DNA of 64,000 nucleotides from Cytophagales bacterium (GCA_030054145.1 JASGCK010000011.1:3684-67683), one strand, 5' to 3'. Shown: positions 1-12,030, counted from the first letter of the stretch. Numbers and translations: made by a program. Notes: generated from the sequence alone by a model not told the origin.

Positions 1-107
1 GATGGTGCGGTTGAGGAGTTTTGATACAAAGTAAGAGACCTCGATTGTGTCCAAAGCCTTTAAAGAGTACGCTTATTTTATCTGTTCTAAAGGGTAAACT
101 CCTCTAT

Positions 108-1325
108 ATGACATCTGACTTACACGCATTGCCTACAAACGTTTCCGCTCGTGTGCCTGCGTTGCCAGAGTCGCTGCGCACGGCCGTTATTTTTGCTGCC
201 GCTGTTGCCGTTGTAAACGGTTTTGGGCGCTTTGCTTATGCGCTACTGCTACCTGTGATGCGAGATGATTTGCATTGGGATTACGCGCTGTCTGGTTGGT
301 TGAACACAGCCAATTCGGTCGGTTACGGCCTTGGCGCTATTTTTGGAATGCTACTTTTGGGGCGCATCAAATCTTCCACACTGTTTGTGTGGGGTTTGGC
401 AATTGCTGTGGCAACACTGCTGGCTGGCGGCGTGACGCGTGAGTTGCCTGTCATGATGCTGCTGCGGTTTTTATGCGGCATTGGTTCTTCATGGGTATTT
501 GCTTGCGGCGGAGCGTTGATTGCGACCAAGTACGGAAAATCGCCTGCGCAATCCGCTTCGGCAATTGCGGTTTATTACGCGGGCGGTGGACTAGGTATTG
601 CACTGAGCGGAGTTTTGATCTACCCCGTGCTAAGCCTTAGCTGGACATGGCCTGTGGGCTGGGTTGCGCTTGGCTTGGCGGGATTCGTGCTAGCTATTTG
701 GCCTTCAAAATTAGCGCTCGATATGGGGCAGCCTCTCAATCACGCAGGGGGCAATCAACTCGACGCAACAATGCCTTGGCGGCATTTCCATATTATTTCG
801 TGGGCCTATTTTTTGTTTGGTGTGGGCTATATCGTGTACCTCACATTCGTGGTCGCGTGGTTGCGCGAAATGCAATTAGGCGTTTTAGCGGCGACAGGTG
901 TTTGGTTTTTACTGGGTCTGGCCGCGATGGCCTCAGGCTATTTGTGGAAGGGCGCGATGGCGCGTTGGCAGCCCACCACGACATTTGCGGCAGCATCGCT
1001 TTGCACAGCGCTAGGAACGGCCTTGCCACTCGTTGCACAAAACTTAGGCAGTCTGCTTATATCGGCAGTACTTGTAGGGGGCTCATTTTTTATGGTGCCT
1101 GGATCCATGATGGCGCTCGCGCGTAAAACCTTGCCACAAAGTTTGTGGGCAAAAGCAATGAATTTTTTCACCCTCATTTTTGCGTTAGGACAAGCGGTTG
1201 GTCCTGTTTTGGCGGGGTGGATTGCCGATCACTATGGCATGAATGCTGCGATGACCGCAGGGGCTTTTATTTTGCTGCTTGGCGCTGGCTTGGCAAAGCG
1301 ACAACCCGAGAGGTTGCGGGATTAA
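108..1325 (+). CDS. MFS transporter, YbfB/YjiJ-like
   Basis: The longest ORF starts at TTG 21. The first ATG at 108 gives 405 aa with about 12 hydrophobic spans. The N-terminal 'NGFGRFAYALLLPVMRDDLHWDY' resembles YbfB/YjiJ-type MFS proteins as I recall them. Its stop overlaps the convergent gph stop (TTAA). Confidence 0.75.
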   Translation: MTSDLHALPTNVSARVPALPESLRTAVIFAAAVAVVNGFGRFAYALLLPVMRDDLHWDYALSGWLNTANSVGYGLGAIFGMLLLGRIKSSTLFVWGLAIAVATLLAGGVTRELPVMMLLRFLCGIGSSWVFACGGALIATKYGKSPAQSASAIAVYYAGGGLGIALSGVLIYPVLSLSWTWPVGWVALGLAGFVLAIWPSKLALDMGQPLNHAGGNQLDATMPWRHFHIISWAYFLFGVGYIVYLTFVVAWLREMQLGVLAATGVWFLLGLAAMASGYLWKGAMARWQPTTTFAAASLCTALGTALPLVAQNLGSLLISAVLVGGSFFMVPGSMMALARKTLPQSLWAKAMNFFTLIFALGQAVGPVLAGWIADHYGMNAAMTAGAFILLLGAGLAKRQPERLRD

Positions 1326-2023
1326 AGTAGCGCGATTAATTTTGACGGTTCAGTCAATATATGGTCGGCATTCCAAGTTGTCAGTTGGTGCTCGCCTTCA
1401 TAGCCCCAAGCTGCGGCGATGGTCGCCATGTTTGCGCCGCGTCCAGCATCTATATCGCGCTTGTCGTCGCCCACATACCAACAATCTGCTGGGGTGATAG
1501 TGCGCTGGTTTTGCATTGCTTGGCTTGCCAAGCGGAAAGCCTCTAAAAGCGGCGCGGGATGTGGCTTGGCATGGGGCGTGGTGTCACCACTGACGACTGC
1601 GCACGCGCCGTGCAACAATGCCGTGCAGGCAACGAGTGGCTCAGTAAACCGCTTCGATTTATTGGTCACGATACCCCACAAAATACCTTGTGCCTCAAGG
1701 CTTCGTAACATTTCATGGACACCCGTAAACGCGGTGGTGCGCGCAGTTTTTGCACCAATCGAGGCTTCGTAATTGGCAAAAAATTCTTCGCGCATGATCA
1801 AAAAGTCAGCGTGATCGGGCGAAATATCAAATGCGACTTTGAGCATCCCGCGTGCGCCCGCGCCTGCCATTGGGCGATAAAGCGTGTCAGGCAGCGATGG
1901 CAAACCGCGATCTAGTCGCATTTTGTCAGCAGCAGCGCCTAAGTCAGGTGCGCTGTCGATGAGCGTGCCATCTAAGTCAAAAAAAATGGCGGATGGTTTG
2001 ATCAATTGCTTGGCGAGCCTCAT
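1322..2023 (-). CDS. gph: phosphoglycolate phosphatase (HAD superfamily)
   Basis: 233 aa with HAD motif I 'FFDLDGTLIDS', 'GIVTNK' and 'YVGDDKRDIDAG'. The ATG overlaps the ubiG stop (ATGA), and the ubiG-gph pairing is conserved. Confidence 0.85.
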   Translation of the reverse strand: MRLAKQLIKPSAIFFDLDGTLIDSAPDLGAAADKMRLDRGLPSLPDTLYRPMAGAGARGMLKVAFDISPDHADFLIMREEFFANYEASIGAKTARTTAFTGVHEMLRSLEAQGILWGIVTNKSKRFTEPLVACTALLHGACAVVSGDTTPHAKPHPAPLLEAFRLASQAMQNQRTITPADCWYVGDDKRDIDAGRGANMATIAAAWGYEGEHQLTTWNADHILTEPSKLIALL

Positions 2024-2739
2024 ATTTTTTGTGTCGCAATCATGTAGTTGACGCTGGCATCAGCAGTTAATGCGTAACGCTGTGTGATGGGGTTGTAGGT
2101 CAACCCCTGCATGGCTTTGGGAGCAAGGCCGTTATTTCTCACCCAGCGCATCAACTCAGCAGGCTGAATGAATTTGGCGTATTCATGCGTTCCGCGAGGC
2201 AGCAATCCGAGCAAATATTCGCCCGCAACAATAGCCGAGGCAAATGCTTTTGGGTTGCGGTTGATGGTAGAAAAAAAGACCCAGCCTTTGGGGTTAACGA
2301 GACGCGCACAGGCCTGTACGATCGCCGCAGGATCAGGCACGTGCTCCAACATTTCCATGCAAGTGACCACATCAAAAGATGCGGGTCTTTTTTCAGCCAG
2401 CTCTTCGGCACTGATTGTTTCGTATTGGATGTTGGGTGTTCTTGCTTCCAGTGCGTGTAGTTTTGCAATTTGAAGCGACTGTGCTCCCAGATCAATTCCT
2501 AAAACTTCTGCTCCTGCGCGTGCCATGCTGTCAGCCAAGATGCCGCCACCAGCGCCCACATCAAGCACACGTTTATCTTTGAGTGGGGCGATGTCATTGA
2601 TCCAGCCTAATCGCAATGGATTAATTTTGTGCAACGCACCAAATGAGGCGCTGTCCTCATTCCACCAATCGTGTGCAAGATCGGTAAATTTGGCAAGCTC
2701 AGCTAAGTCGTAGTTTGAATTCATGAGTTGATTGTCCAT
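2020..2739 (-). CDS. ubiG: bifunctional 3-demethylubiquinol 3-O-methyltransferase / 2-polyprenyl-6-hydroxyphenol methylase
   Basis: SAM-binding 'VLDVGAGGGILADSMA' and 'FDVVTCMEMLEHVPDP'. I chose the start at ATG 2739 (MDNQ...) because the longer ORF start at 2754 would lie inside the ompA-like gene's terminator hairpin. Confidence 0.88.
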   Translation of the reverse strand: MDNQLMNSNYDLAELAKFTDLAHDWWNEDSASFGALHKINPLRLGWINDIAPLKDKRVLDVGAGGGILADSMARAGAEVLGIDLGAQSLQIAKLHALEARTPNIQYETISAEELAEKRPASFDVVTCMEMLEHVPDPAAIVQACARLVNPKGWVFFSTINRNPKAFASAIVAGEYLLGLLPRGTHEYAKFIQPAELMRWVRNNGLAPKAMQGLTYNPITQRYALTADASVNYMIATQKI

Positions 2740-2740
2740 A

Positions 2741-2768
2741 AAAAAACCCGCCACGCGGGCGGGTCTTT
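2741..2768 (-). terminator. Rho-independent terminator after the ompA-like gene
   Basis: On the - strand the sequence reads 'GACCCGCC-cgcg-tGGCGGGTTTTTT': a GC stem followed by a T-run, 16 nt after the stop at 2784. Confidence 0.6.
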
Positions 2769-2783
2769 TAGTTAGTAATTGAA

Positions 2784-3470
2784 TTACCTGTTAGCGCGTG
2801 TGCCAACAACTTCAATTTCAACGCGGCGATTTTTAGCGCGGCCTTCTTTTGTTTTGTTGTCGGCAACAGGTTGTTTCTCGCCTTTGCCTTCGGTATAAAC
2901 GCGGTTTTTCTCAATACCTTTCGTTACCAAGTAAGCTTTCACAGCTTCTGCACGGCTAACCGACAGCTTTTGGTTATATGCATCACCACCGACGCTATCG
3001 GTATGACCAACGGCAATAATGACTTCTAAATTGATGTCTTTAACTTTGCTAGTCAAATCGTCCAATTTTGCTTTTCCGTCTGCTTTGATCACCGACTTGC
3101 CTGTGTCAAAGAAAGCATCGGCAGCGTAAGTCACTTTCACAGCAGCTGGAGGCGCAGGAACTGGTTTAGGCGCTACAGCCACTGGCGCAGCAGCTTTAGG
3201 TGCTACGGGAGCAGGCATTGGAGTAGTCGCTGGCATTGGAGCAGGCGCTGGCATTGGAGCGGCTGCTTTTGGTGCAACAGGAACAATCGCGCCATCGCAG
3301 CCTTGAACTGCCGTTGCAGGAGTCCAATTGCTGCTTCTCCAGCAAAGCGTTTTGTCGCCGTTGACCCAGGCACCATTGTTTTGTCCACCAAGCCAGTTTT
3401 GAGTTTGAGCGCTAGCGGTTGCTGTGAGCGCTACAGTTGCTAAAAGCATTGCTACTTTATTGAATTTCAT
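2784..3470 (-). CDS. OmpA-family peptidoglycan-associated protein
   Basis: ATG 3470 follows a GAGGA RBS. It has a signal peptide 'MKFNKVAMLLATVALTATASAQ', a short Cys-pair region, a Pro/Ala-rich linker (APMPAPAPMPATTPMPAP...) and an OmpA_C domain ('GHTDSVGGDAYNQKLSVSRAEAV', 'NRRVEIEV'). Confidence 0.85.
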   Translation of the reverse strand: MKFNKVAMLLATVALTATASAQTQNWLGGQNNGAWVNGDKTLCWRSSNWTPATAVQGCDGAIVPVAPKAAAPMPAPAPMPATTPMPAPVAPKAAAPVAVAPKPVPAPPAAVKVTYAADAFFDTGKSVIKADGKAKLDDLTSKVKDINLEVIIAVGHTDSVGGDAYNQKLSVSRAEAVKAYLVTKGIEKNRVYTEGKGEKQPVADNKTKEGRAKNRRVEIEVVGTRANR

Positions 3471-3639
3471 TGTGAATCCTCGTAAAAAATGAATGGCAGC
3501 AATGCTGCACAAAAATGTCCGTCGAGTGGTTTTTTGCCACACGGCGCTATCGTACACGAAACTTGGGCGCTTTTTCTAACACTTCTCACCTAAAATTGTC
3601 ACTTTTACATAAATACAACAACATCAAGCAAGAAGGCAT

Positions 3640-6270
3640 ATGCAATTCGCTAAAGAAACCCTACCAATCAGTTTAGAAGAGGAAATGCGCCGCAGCTACC
3701 TCGATTACGCGATGAGCGTGATTGTGGGACGCGCTTTGCCCGATGCGCGGGATGGCTTAAAGCCCGTGCATCGCCGCGCACTCTTTGCGATGCATGAACA
3801 AAATAACGATTGGAATCGCCCATTCAAAAAATCGGCGCGTATCGTGGGTGATGTGATGGGTAAATACCATCCGCATGGTGATAGTGCGATTTATGACACG
3901 ATTGTGCGAATGGCGCAACCGTTTTCGCTGCGGCATATGCTGGTTGATGGGCAGGGTAACTTTGGCTCGGTTGATGGTGACAATGCGGCGGCGATGCGTT
4001 ACACCGAGATTCGACTCACCAAAATAGCGCATGAAATGTTGGCGGATATCGACAAGGAGACGGTCGATTTTGGCCCTAACTACGACGGCTCGGAAAAAGA
4101 GCCGCTGGTGTTGCCAAGCCGCATTCCAAATTTGCTCATTAACGGTTCATCGGGAATTGCTGTCGGCATGGCGACCAATATTCCGCCACACAATTTAAAT
4201 GAAGTCGTTGATGCTTGCCTGCATTTGCTACGCAATCCAGATGCATCAATTGATGATTTGATGGAAATTATTCCCGCGCCTGACTTTCCAACTGCTGGCA
4301 TTATTTATGGCATGAGTGGCGTGAAAGAAGGTTACCGCACAGGACGCGGGCGCGTGGTGATGCGCGCCAAAGTGCATTTTGAAGATATTGATAAAGGTCA
4401 GCGCCAATCCATCATCGTGGACGAGTTGCCGTATCAGGTGAACAAAAAGACATTGCAAGAGCGTATAGCAGAGCTTGTGCACGAGAAAAAAATCGAAGGC
4501 ATCTCGCACATTCAAGATGAGTCTGACAAGAGCGGTATGCGCTTAGTCATTGAACTCAAGCGCGGAGAAGTGCCCGAGGTGGTGCTGAATAATTTGTACA
4601 AGCAAACGCAGTTGCAAGACTCGTTTGGCATGAACATGGTGGCATTGATTGATGGTCAACCCAAGCTGTGCAATCTCAAAGATTTGATTGAAGTCTTCTT
4701 GCTGCATCGCCGCGAAGTGGTGAACCGCCGTACGGTGTTTACGCTACGCAAAGCACGGGATCGTGGTCATATCCTAGAAGGTCTTGCGGTGGCGCTTGCC
4801 AATATCGACGACTTTATTGCGCTGATTCGCAACGCACCTACGCCCCCTGTCGCCAAAGCCGCGTTGATGAACCGCACATGGGACAGCGATACGGTCCGCC
4901 AAATGCTCACGCGCACGCGCGATGATGGCTCGGTGGTGAACGCCAGCGACTATCGCCCGGATGGACTTGAGGCGATTTATGGCCTGCAAGATAGCGGTCA
5001 ATATCGCTTGTCCGAAATTCAGGCGCAAGAGATTTTGCAAATGCGCCTGCAACGTTTGACGGGGCTTGAGCAAGACAAAATCGTCTCGGAATACAAAGAG
5101 GTGATGAGCGAAATTGAAGACCTACTCGACATTCTGGCTAAGCCTGAGCGCGTGTCCGTCATCATTAGCGATGAACTCACCGCTGTGCGTACCGAATTCG
5201 GTCAGACCAAGCTGGGCTTGCGCCGTAGTGTGATTGAGCATTCCGCGTTTGACCTATCCACCGAAGATTTGATTACGCCAACCGATATGGTGGTGACCAT
5301 GAGCCACAGCGGCTACATCAAGAGTCAGCCGCTGTCTGAGTACCGTGCACAAAAGCGTGGTGGACGCGGTAAACAGGCGACTGCGACGAAAGAAGATGAT
5401 TGGATTGAGCAGCTCTTTATTGCCAACACGCACGACTACATCCTGTGTTTTAGTAACCGTGGACGGATGTATTGGCTCAAAGTTTGGGAAGTGCCCGCAG
5501 GTTCGCGTGGTTCGCGTGGTCGTCCGATTGTCAATATGTTTCCGCTGCAAGAGGGAGAAAAAATTACCGTCGTGTTGCCGCTCACGGGTGACAACCGTAA
5601 GTTCCCAGCCGATCACTACATCTTCATGGCAACCAGTATGGGCACGGTTAAAAAGACACCGCTGGACGACTTCAATAATCCACGCAAAGCGGGCATTATC
5701 GCTGTCGATTTAGACGAAGGCGATCACTTGATTGGTGCGGCGCTGACCGATGGTCAACATGACGTGATGTTGTTCTCAGACGCTGGCAAAGCCGTGCGCT
5801 TTGATGAAAACGATGTGCGTCCTACGGGGCGCAATTCACGCGGCGTGCGCGGCATGATGGTGGATGAGGGCGTGTCGGTGATTGCCATGCTGGTGGCCGA
5901 AGACGAGCAGCAATCTGTGCTGACCGCCACAGAAAACGGCTTTGGCAAACGCACGCTGATTACCGAGTACACGCGTCACGGACGCGGCACGAAAGGCATG
6001 ATCGCCATTCAACAATCCGAGCGCAACGGCAAAGTCGTGGCGGCAACACTCGCGCACAGCGAAGACGAAGTGATGTTGATTACGGATAAGGGCGTTTTAG
6101 TGCGAACGCGAGTGTCAGAAATCCGCGAAATGGGTCGTGCCACGCAAGGTGTGACTTTGATAGCGTTAGATGATGGCTCAAAGCTCAGCGGCTTGCAGCG
6201 CATCGTGGAGAACGACGCGGCGGCTGATGTGGCAATGGATGGCGCGACTGACGAAGGATCGCCCGAGTGA
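3640..6270 (+). CDS. gyrA: DNA gyrase subunit A
   Basis: 876 aa with '[27 protein letters not shown]', the QRDR '[10 protein letters not shown]' and the catalytic Tyr context '[10 protein letters not shown]'. The C-terminal region shows repeats consistent with the beta-pinwheel domain. Confidence 0.97.
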   Translation: MQFAKETLPISLEEEMRRSYLDYAMSVIVGRALPDARDGLKPVHRRALFAMHEQNNDWNRPFKKSARIVGDVMGKYHPHGDSAIYDTIVRMAQPFSLRHMLVDGQGNFGSVDGDNAAAMRYTEIRLTKIAHEMLADIDKETVDFGPNYDGSEKEPLVLPSRIPNLLINGSSGIAVGMATNIPPHNLNEVVDACLHLLRNPDASIDDLMEIIPAPDFPTAGIIYGMSGVKEGYRTGRGRVVMRAKVHFEDIDKGQRQSIIVDELPYQVNKKTLQERIAELVHEKKIEGISHIQDESDKSGMRLVIELKRGEVPEVVLNNLYKQTQLQDSFGMNMVALIDGQPKLCNLKDLIEVFLLHRREVVNRRTVFTLRKARDRGHILEGLAVALANIDDFIALIRNAPTPPVAKAALMNRTWDSDTVRQMLTRTRDDGSVVNASDYRPDGLEAIYGLQDSGQYRLSEIQAQEILQMRLQRLTGLEQDKIVSEYKEVMSEIEDLLDILAKPERVSVIISDELTAVRTEFGQTKLGLRRSVIEHSAFDLSTEDLITPTDMVVTMSHSGYIKSQPLSEYRAQKRGGRGKQATATKEDDWIEQLFIANTHDYILCFSNRGRMYWLKVWEVPAGSRGSRGRPIVNMFPLQEGEKITVVLPLTGDNRKFPADHYIFMATSMGTVKKTPLDDFNNPRKAGIIAVDLDEGDHLIGAALTDGQHDVMLFSDAGKAVRFDENDVRPTGRNSRGVRGMMVDEGVSVIAMLVAEDEQQSVLTATENGFGKRTLITEYTRHGRGTKGMIAIQQSERNGKVVAATLAHSEDEVMLITDKGVLVRTRVSEIREMGRATQGVTLIALDDGSKLSGLQRIVENDAAADVAMDGATDEGSPE

Positions 6271-7349
6271 AGTCGCTTTCCCAGTTACGCACGGAGATTG
6301 ACGCGGTTGATCAGCAGATCCTTGCGCTGCTCAATCAGCGTGCAGCGCTTGCGCACGCGGTTGGTGAGGTCAAAAAGTTAGACGGCTCGCCCGTGTTTCG
6401 TCCTGATCGCGAGGCGGCTGTGATTGCCAAAATGCAAGCGGCGCAATCACAGTTGAAGCCCGAGGGCATTGCCGCGATTTGGCGCGAAGTGATGTCGGCT
6501 TGCCGTGCGTTAGAGGAGACGCAAAAGGTCGCATTTTTAGGGCCAAAAGGCACCTACAGCGAAGAGGCGGCGATTGAATTTTTTGGCTCATCCATGGGCG
6601 CTTTACCTTGTCAATCAATTGATGAGGTGTTTCGTGCCACCGCATCGGGCGGCGCTGAGTTTGGCGTGGTACCTATTGAAAATTCAACCGAGGGTGTGAT
6701 TGCTCGCACCATGGATTTGCTGCTTGCCTCCAATGTGCATATTGTGGGCAACGTGAGCTTGAAGGTTCGGCACAACTTGCTGCGCCATTCGTCCGACTCG
6801 ATGGATGGGATCACGGCAGTTTATGGGCATCCTCAAGCCTTGGCGCAGTGCCATGCATGGCTGTCGCAGCACTTGCCTCATGCCGAGCGAAGAGTCGCCT
6901 CAAGCAATGCGGAAGGTGCTCGCCAAGCGAGGTTGGATCAAGCGTTCGCAGCTATTGCTAGCAGCCGCGCGGCGACGGAGTTTGGTTTGCAAACGGTTGC
7001 CAAAGCGATTCAAGACGAGGCGCACAACCGTACTCGTTTCGCGGTTATTTGCCGCCCCGAAGTGTTGCCAATACCTGAAAAAACGGGGAATGACGCGATC
7101 AGTTTGGTGGTCTCCGTTAAAAATCAACCAGGCGCTTTGCATGACTTGTTGGTTCCCTTGAAGACGCATGGCGTATCCATGACGCGCTTCGAGTCACGCC
7201 CCGCGCGTTCGGCTGAGTGGGAATACAACTTTTATATTGATTTGGTTGGTCATTTGGATGACGCAGCCGTATCGGCCGCGCTTGCCGAATTGCAAACGCT
7301 TTGTGCGTTCTATAAGGTGTTGGGTTGCTATCCAGCGGCCACATCGTAG
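6267..7349 (+). CDS. pheA: bifunctional chorismate mutase / prephenate dehydratase (P-protein)
   Basis: The GTG start overlaps the gyrA stop (GTGA). It has a chorismate mutase helix '[20 protein letters not shown]', a dehydratase segment '[15 protein letters not shown]' and a 'TRF...ESRP' ACT region. Confidence 0.92.
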   Translation: MKSLSQLRTEIDAVDQQILALLNQRAALAHAVGEVKKLDGSPVFRPDREAAVIAKMQAAQSQLKPEGIAAIWREVMSACRALEETQKVAFLGPKGTYSEEAAIEFFGSSMGALPCQSIDEVFRATASGGAEFGVVPIENSTEGVIARTMDLLLASNVHIVGNVSLKVRHNLLRHSSDSMDGITAVYGHPQALAQCHAWLSQHLPHAERRVASSNAEGARQARLDQAFAAIASSRAATEFGLQTVAKAIQDEAHNRTRFAVICRPEVLPIPEKTGNDAISLVVSVKNQPGALHDLLVPLKTHGVSMTRFESRPARSAEWEYNFYIDLVGHLDDAAVSAALAELQTLCAFYKVLGCYPAATS

Positions 7350-7359
7350 TGCGCGCAGC

Positions 7360-8247
7360 ATGAAAAAATTTAAGCAATTAGGACTGATCGGCTGCGGCAT
7401 GATGGGCGGCTCTTTTGCCAAGGCGCTTAGGCGTGCAGGGCTGGTTGAGCGCATCGTGGGCTATAGCAAATCGCCAACGAATACCGAGCACGCCAAGCGC
7501 CTAGGCATTGTGGACGAAGCAGCTGCATCAGCCTTGCAAGCCGTGATGGGATCGGATCTTATTTTGGTTGCGGTGCCCGTATCAGCAACTGGCGAAGTTT
7601 TTAAAGCCTTTCGATTGGGTCTATCCAAGGACTCGCTGGTCATGGATGTCGGTTCGACAAAGCAAGACGTGATTGCCACGGTTGAAGTCATATTTGGTGA
7701 ATTACCCACTCATTTTGTTCCTGCCCATCCGATTGCAGGCAAGGCAGGCGCAGGCATTGAAGAGGCGGAAGTTGATTTGTACACGGATAGGCGGGTCATT
7801 TTGACGCCGACGGCGCGAACGCATGAAGACGCGATTGCCAAAGCCCGAGCGCTGTGGCAGGCATTGGACACTCAAGTTTTTACAATGACAGCCGCGCAGC
7901 ACGACGGTATTTTTGCCGCCGTGAGTCACTTGCCGCACTTACTGGCATTTGCCTACATTCATGGCATCGCAGGCCAAGCTGATGCGCAGCAGTTTTTGCA
8001 CATGGCGGGTCCAGGTTTTCGGGACTTCACGCGGATTGCAGGCGGTGACGTGGATGTTTGGCGCGATATTTTTTTGGCTAATCGCAATGAGATTTTGAAA
8101 CAATTAGCCATCACGCGCACAAGTATCGAGCAGATGGAAAAAGCCTTGCAAAGTAGTCAATCCAAGCCCCTGCGAGATTTAATTGAAGTCGCCAGTGTGG
8201 TGCGAAATGGCTGGAGCATTAACAAGTCCATGACACAGCATGTTTGA
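7360..8247 (+). CDS. tyrA: prephenate dehydrogenase
   Basis: ATG 7360 gives 295 aa with Rossmann motif '[12 protein letters not shown]' and 'VPAHPIAG'. The longer track ORF starting at 7237 overlaps the pheA 3' end and is unlikely. Confidence 0.88.
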   Translation: MKKFKQLGLIGCGMMGGSFAKALRRAGLVERIVGYSKSPTNTEHAKRLGIVDEAAASALQAVMGSDLILVAVPVSATGEVFKAFRLGLSKDSLVMDVGSTKQDVIATVEVIFGELPTHFVPAHPIAGKAGAGIEEAEVDLYTDRRVILTPTARTHEDAIAKARALWQALDTQVFTMTAAQHDGIFAAVSHLPHLLAFAYIHGIAGQADAQQFLHMAGPGFRDFTRIAGGDVDVWRDIFLANRNEILKQLAITRTSIEQMEKALQSSQSKPLRDLIEVASVVRNGWSINKSMTQHV

Positions 8248-10237
8248 GACTGTATGTTTAGATATTCCGCCGCTACAAGCCGTGGCTGGATCCGTTCGCC
8301 TACCTGGCTCGAAGAGCATTTCAAATCGGGTGTTATTGCTTGCTGCACTTTGTGAAATGGCTGGCGACCAGCCGACTGTGCTCCACGATTTGCTTGATTC
8401 TGACGATACGCGCGTGATGGTGGCGGCGTTGGCACAATTAAAAGAAAAATCAAACGAAACCAAAAAGCTTTTTTTAGGCAACGCAGGTACGGCAATGCGT
8501 CCTCTGACGGCGGCTTTAGCCTTGCGCGGTGGGCAAACAGGGGGCTATGAGCTATCAGGCGTTGCGCGTATGCACGAGCGCCCGATTGGCGATTTGGTCG
8601 ATGCGCTGAGGCTACTTGGCTGCGACATTCAATACTTAGGACGCGAAGGCTTTCCGCCACTCAAAATCGGCGAGCCAAAACTGAAATTAGATGCGCCCAT
8701 CCGCGTGCGCGGCGATGTATCGAGTCAATTTTTAACCGCGCTACTTTTGGCGCTACCGCTAGTTGCCGCGCAAGATATTCATGTTGATGTTGTGGGGGAG
8801 TTGATATCCAAACCCTACATCGACATCACTATCAAACTGCTGGCACGTTTTGGCGTGACGGTGCGGCAGCAAGGCTGGCGTAGGTTCACTATTCCTGCTG
8901 GCTCACAGTACACATCACCGAGAGAGATTTACGTTGAAGCCGATGCTTCGTCCGCTAGCTACTTTGTGGCGCTGGGTGGGCTGGCGGCCAGAGTAGACAA
9001 GCCTTTGCAGATATTGGGTGTAGGTGCAGATTCGATTCAAGGTGACATCAAATTCATCGACGCTGCGGCGCAAATGGGTGTGCAGGTCCAATCTGAGGCA
9101 AACAGCTTGACCGTTTGGCGCAAAGATTGGGATGCCGCAAGCGGCCAGTGGTCAAAGTCCACAGGATTTTTGAGGGCAATTGATCTCGATTGCAACCACA
9201 TCCCTGATGCTGCGATGACGCTAGCGGTGATGGCGCTCTATGCCGATGGCACAACCACGCTGCGCAATATTGCCAGTTGGCGGGTCAAGGAAACCGACCG
9301 CATTTCGGCGATGGCAGCGGAGCTACGTAAATTGGGCGCAACGATAGATGAAGGCGCAGATTACATCCGCATCACGCCGCCAAGCCTTAACCAGTGGCGC
9401 TTTGCGAGCATTCACACTTACGACGATCACCGCATGGCGATGTGCGCGTCGCTGGCCGCGTTCAATCCTGCGGGCTTGCCTGTGCGCATTGAAGACCCGA
9501 AATGCGTAGCCAAAACTTTCCCCAGTTATTTTGAAGCGCTGTTTTCGGTTGCGCAAACGACTAGTAAAAATATTCCCGTGATTTGTATCGATGGCCCTAC
9601 GGCTTCAGGCAAAGGCACGCTCGCATCCTTAGTAGCGAAGCAATTGGGCTATCACTACCTTGATTCGGGTGCGCTGTATCGCCTTGTTGGTTTTGCCGCT
9701 ACGCAAGCTGGCGTGGACTTGGACGACGAGTTGGCGGTTGCCACTGTCGCCTCACAGATGTTGATTGGTTTTGATGCTGATCGCGTGAGTTTGAATGGCA
9801 GCGATGCGACGAACGATATTCGCTCAGAGGCTTCTGGAATGCTGGCCTCCAAGGTCTCTAGCTATCCAGCTGTTCGTCAAGCTTTGTTGGATAGGCAGCT
9901 TGGATTTCGCAAGCTCCCAGGTTTAGTTGCTGATGGCCGCGACATGGGCACAGTGATCTTCCCTGATGCGCCGCTGAAGGTGTTTTTAACGGCTAACGCG
10001 CAAACCCGCGCACAGCGTCGATACAAGCAATTGATTTCTAAGGGGATTTCTGCTAGTATCGACGCTCTTTGCGCAGACCTTGAGGCACGTGACGCACGGG
10101 ATCAATCCCGTAGCGCCGCGCCTCTTGTAGCTGCCAAAGACGCTTTGCAGTTAGATAACTCCAATCTCACGATTGAAGACTCCGTAGCCCAAGTGCTCTC
10201 GTGGTGGTCTAGTCGCTTTGCACCCAGCCAGCTTTAG
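8240..10237 (+). CDS. aroA: fused 3-phosphoshikimate 1-carboxyvinyltransferase / cytidylate kinase
   Basis: A single 665-aa ORF. The EPSP synthase part has '[10 protein letters not shown]', '[11 protein letters not shown]', 'KETDR' and 'DDHRMAM'. After the linker 'QTTSKN' comes Cmk ('[14 protein letters not shown]', '[13 protein letters not shown]'). No stop separates the two halves. Confidence 0.9.
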   Translation: MFETVCLDIPPLQAVAGSVRLPGSKSISNRVLLLAALCEMAGDQPTVLHDLLDSDDTRVMVAALAQLKEKSNETKKLFLGNAGTAMRPLTAALALRGGQTGGYELSGVARMHERPIGDLVDALRLLGCDIQYLGREGFPPLKIGEPKLKLDAPIRVRGDVSSQFLTALLLALPLVAAQDIHVDVVGELISKPYIDITIKLLARFGVTVRQQGWRRFTIPAGSQYTSPREIYVEADASSASYFVALGGLAARVDKPLQILGVGADSIQGDIKFIDAAAQMGVQVQSEANSLTVWRKDWDAASGQWSKSTGFLRAIDLDCNHIPDAAMTLAVMALYADGTTTLRNIASWRVKETDRISAMAAELRKLGATIDEGADYIRITPPSLNQWRFASIHTYDDHRMAMCASLAAFNPAGLPVRIEDPKCVAKTFPSYFEALFSVAQTTSKNIPVICIDGPTASGKGTLASLVAKQLGYHYLDSGALYRLVGFAATQAGVDLDDELAVATVASQMLIGFDADRVSLNGSDATNDIRSEASGMLASKVSSYPAVRQALLDRQLGFRKLPGLVADGRDMGTVIFPDAPLKVFLTANAQTRAQRRYKQLISKGISASIDALCADLEARDARDQSRSAAPLVAAKDALQLDNSNLTIEDSVAQVLSWWSSRFAPSQL

Positions 10238-10317
10238 TCGCCTCCTATAAGCGTGTTCATGGTGAATGCGTACGAGTACCGATTGCAAACAAGCTTGGCT
10301 AAGAAAGAAAAAATGAA

Positions 10318-11994
10318 ATGACTGAATCTTTTGCCGCCCTATTTGAAGAATCCCTACAGCGCAGTGAAATGCGCACGGGTGAAGTTATTACCGCCGAAGT
10401 TGTTCGTGTTGACCACAACCATGTTGTTGTGAATGCAGGCCTCAAGTCGGAGTCGTTTATCGACATCAACGAATTTAAAAATGACCAAGGTGTTTTAGAA
10501 GTTCAAGTGGGCGACTTCGTGTCGGTTGCGATTGACTCTATCGAAAACGGTTTTGGCGACACGATGCTCTCGCGCGATAAAGCCAAGCGTTTGGCTAGCT
10601 GGATGAGCCTTGAGAAAGCGCTTGAGTCTGGCGAATTTGTCACGGGTCAAACCAGTGGCAAAGTTAAAGGTGGACTCATGGTTTTGGTTAATGGCATTCG
10701 TGCGTTCTTGCCAGGCTCATTGATCGAGTCACGCCCAATCAAAGATTTGTCGCCTTACGAAAACAAAACGCTTGAGTTCAAAGTGATCAAACTTGATCGT
10801 AAGCGTAACAACGTCGTTTTGTCGCATCGTGCCGTTCGTGATGTCACGATGGGTGAAGAGCGTGCCAAGGCAATGGAGAGCCTCAAAGAAGGTTCTATCG
10901 TGACGGGTATCGTGAAGAACATTACCGAGTACGGCGCGTTTGTCGACCTTGGCGGTATCGACGGTCTCTTGCACATCACCGACATGGCATGGCGCCGCGT
11001 GCGTCATCCATCTGAAGTGGTGCAGCCTGGTCAAGAAATTAGCGCCAAAATTCTCAAGTTTGATACCGAGAAAAACCGCGTGTCCTTGGGCATCAAACAA
11101 ATGGGCGACGACCCATGGATGGGTGTCAATCGCCGCTACCCACAAGGTACGCGCATGCACGGCAAGATTACCAACATCGCTGACTACGGCGCGTTTGTTG
11201 AAATCGAGCCAGGCATCGAAGGTCTTGTGCACGTCTCCGAGATGGACTGGACAAACAAAAATGTTGCACCAAGCAAATTGGTTGCGCTGGGTGATGAAGT
11301 TGAAGTCATGGTTCTTGAGATCGACGAAGACAAGCGCCGTATCAGCCTTGGTATGAAGCAGTGCAAGGTTAATCCTTGGAACGAATTTGCTGCGAACAAC
11401 AAGCGCGGTGACAAGGTGAAAGGTCCTATCAAATCCATCACCGACTTTGGTGTGTTTGTTGGTTTGGCAACGGGCATCGACGGTCTCGTTCACTTGTCTG
11501 ATCTGTCATGGACAGAAGCAGGCGAAGCGGCTGTGAAGAGCTTCAAAAAGGGTCAAGAGGTTGAGGCTGTTATTTTGGCCATCGACATTGAGCGCGAGCG
11601 TATTAGCCTTGGCATCAAGCAATTGGATGCTGACAGCTTCACCACCTTTACATCGGTGAACGACAAAGGCTCTACCGTCACTGGTAAGGTTAAATCGGTT
11701 GACGCTAAAGGCGCTGAAATTGATTTGGGTGACGACGTAACGGGCTATTTGCGCGTATCAGAAATCAGCCAAGACCGCGTGGAAGATGCACGTTCGGCTT
11801 TGAAAGAGGGCGACGAAGTGACGGCTGTGATCGTGAACATTGATCGCAAATCGCGCGGCATTCAGTTGTCGATCAAAGCAAAAGACAACGCAGATCAGCA
11901 AGAAGCAATGGCCACACTGTCACAGCAGTCCTCTAAAGAGAATGCTGGTACAACAAGTCTTGGCGCGCTGCTACGCGCTAAGTTGGATGCCTAA
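10318..11994 (+). CDS. rpsA: 30S ribosomal protein S1
   Basis: 558 aa starting '[13 protein letters not shown]', with six S1 repeats (for example '[21 protein letters not shown]' and '[22 protein letters not shown]'). Confidence 0.97.
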   Translation: MTESFAALFEESLQRSEMRTGEVITAEVVRVDHNHVVVNAGLKSESFIDINEFKNDQGVLEVQVGDFVSVAIDSIENGFGDTMLSRDKAKRLASWMSLEKALESGEFVTGQTSGKVKGGLMVLVNGIRAFLPGSLIESRPIKDLSPYENKTLEFKVIKLDRKRNNVVLSHRAVRDVTMGEERAKAMESLKEGSIVTGIVKNITEYGAFVDLGGIDGLLHITDMAWRRVRHPSEVVQPGQEISAKILKFDTEKNRVSLGIKQMGDDPWMGVNRRYPQGTRMHGKITNIADYGAFVEIEPGIEGLVHVSEMDWTNKNVAPSKLVALGDEVEVMVLEIDEDKRRISLGMKQCKVNPWNEFAANNKRGDKVKGPIKSITDFGVFVGLATGIDGLVHLSDLSWTEAGEAAVKSFKKGQEVEAVILAIDIERERISLGIKQLDADSFTTFTSVNDKGSTVTGKVKSVDAKGAEIDLGDDVTGYLRVSEISQDRVEDARSALKEGDEVTAVIVNIDRKSRGIQLSIKAKDNADQQEAMATLSQQSSKENAGTTSLGALLRAKLDA

Positions 11995-12030
11995 TCGGCA
12001 CGATGGTTTAACGAGCTTGGAATTGAGGCA

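Noticed and set aside
1322-1325. Overlapping convergent stop codons (TTAA) of the MFS transporter and gph, considered as something functional.
   Set aside because: This is a trivial consequence of compact convergent genes. No hairpin or other structure is associated with it.
10729-11493. A 254-aa ORF antisense to rpsA. Similar long antisense ORFs occur at 8157..8660, 12556..13074, 16319..16972, 23631..24281, 29309..29956, 38329..39039, 47199..47834, 48709..49287, 50760..51272, 61917..62504 and 63316..63885.
   Set aside because: Each lies entirely opposite a confidently recognised gene. Their compositions are biased (Arg/His/Ala-rich), typical of shadow frames in moderately GC-rich DNA. They show no motifs or RBS support.
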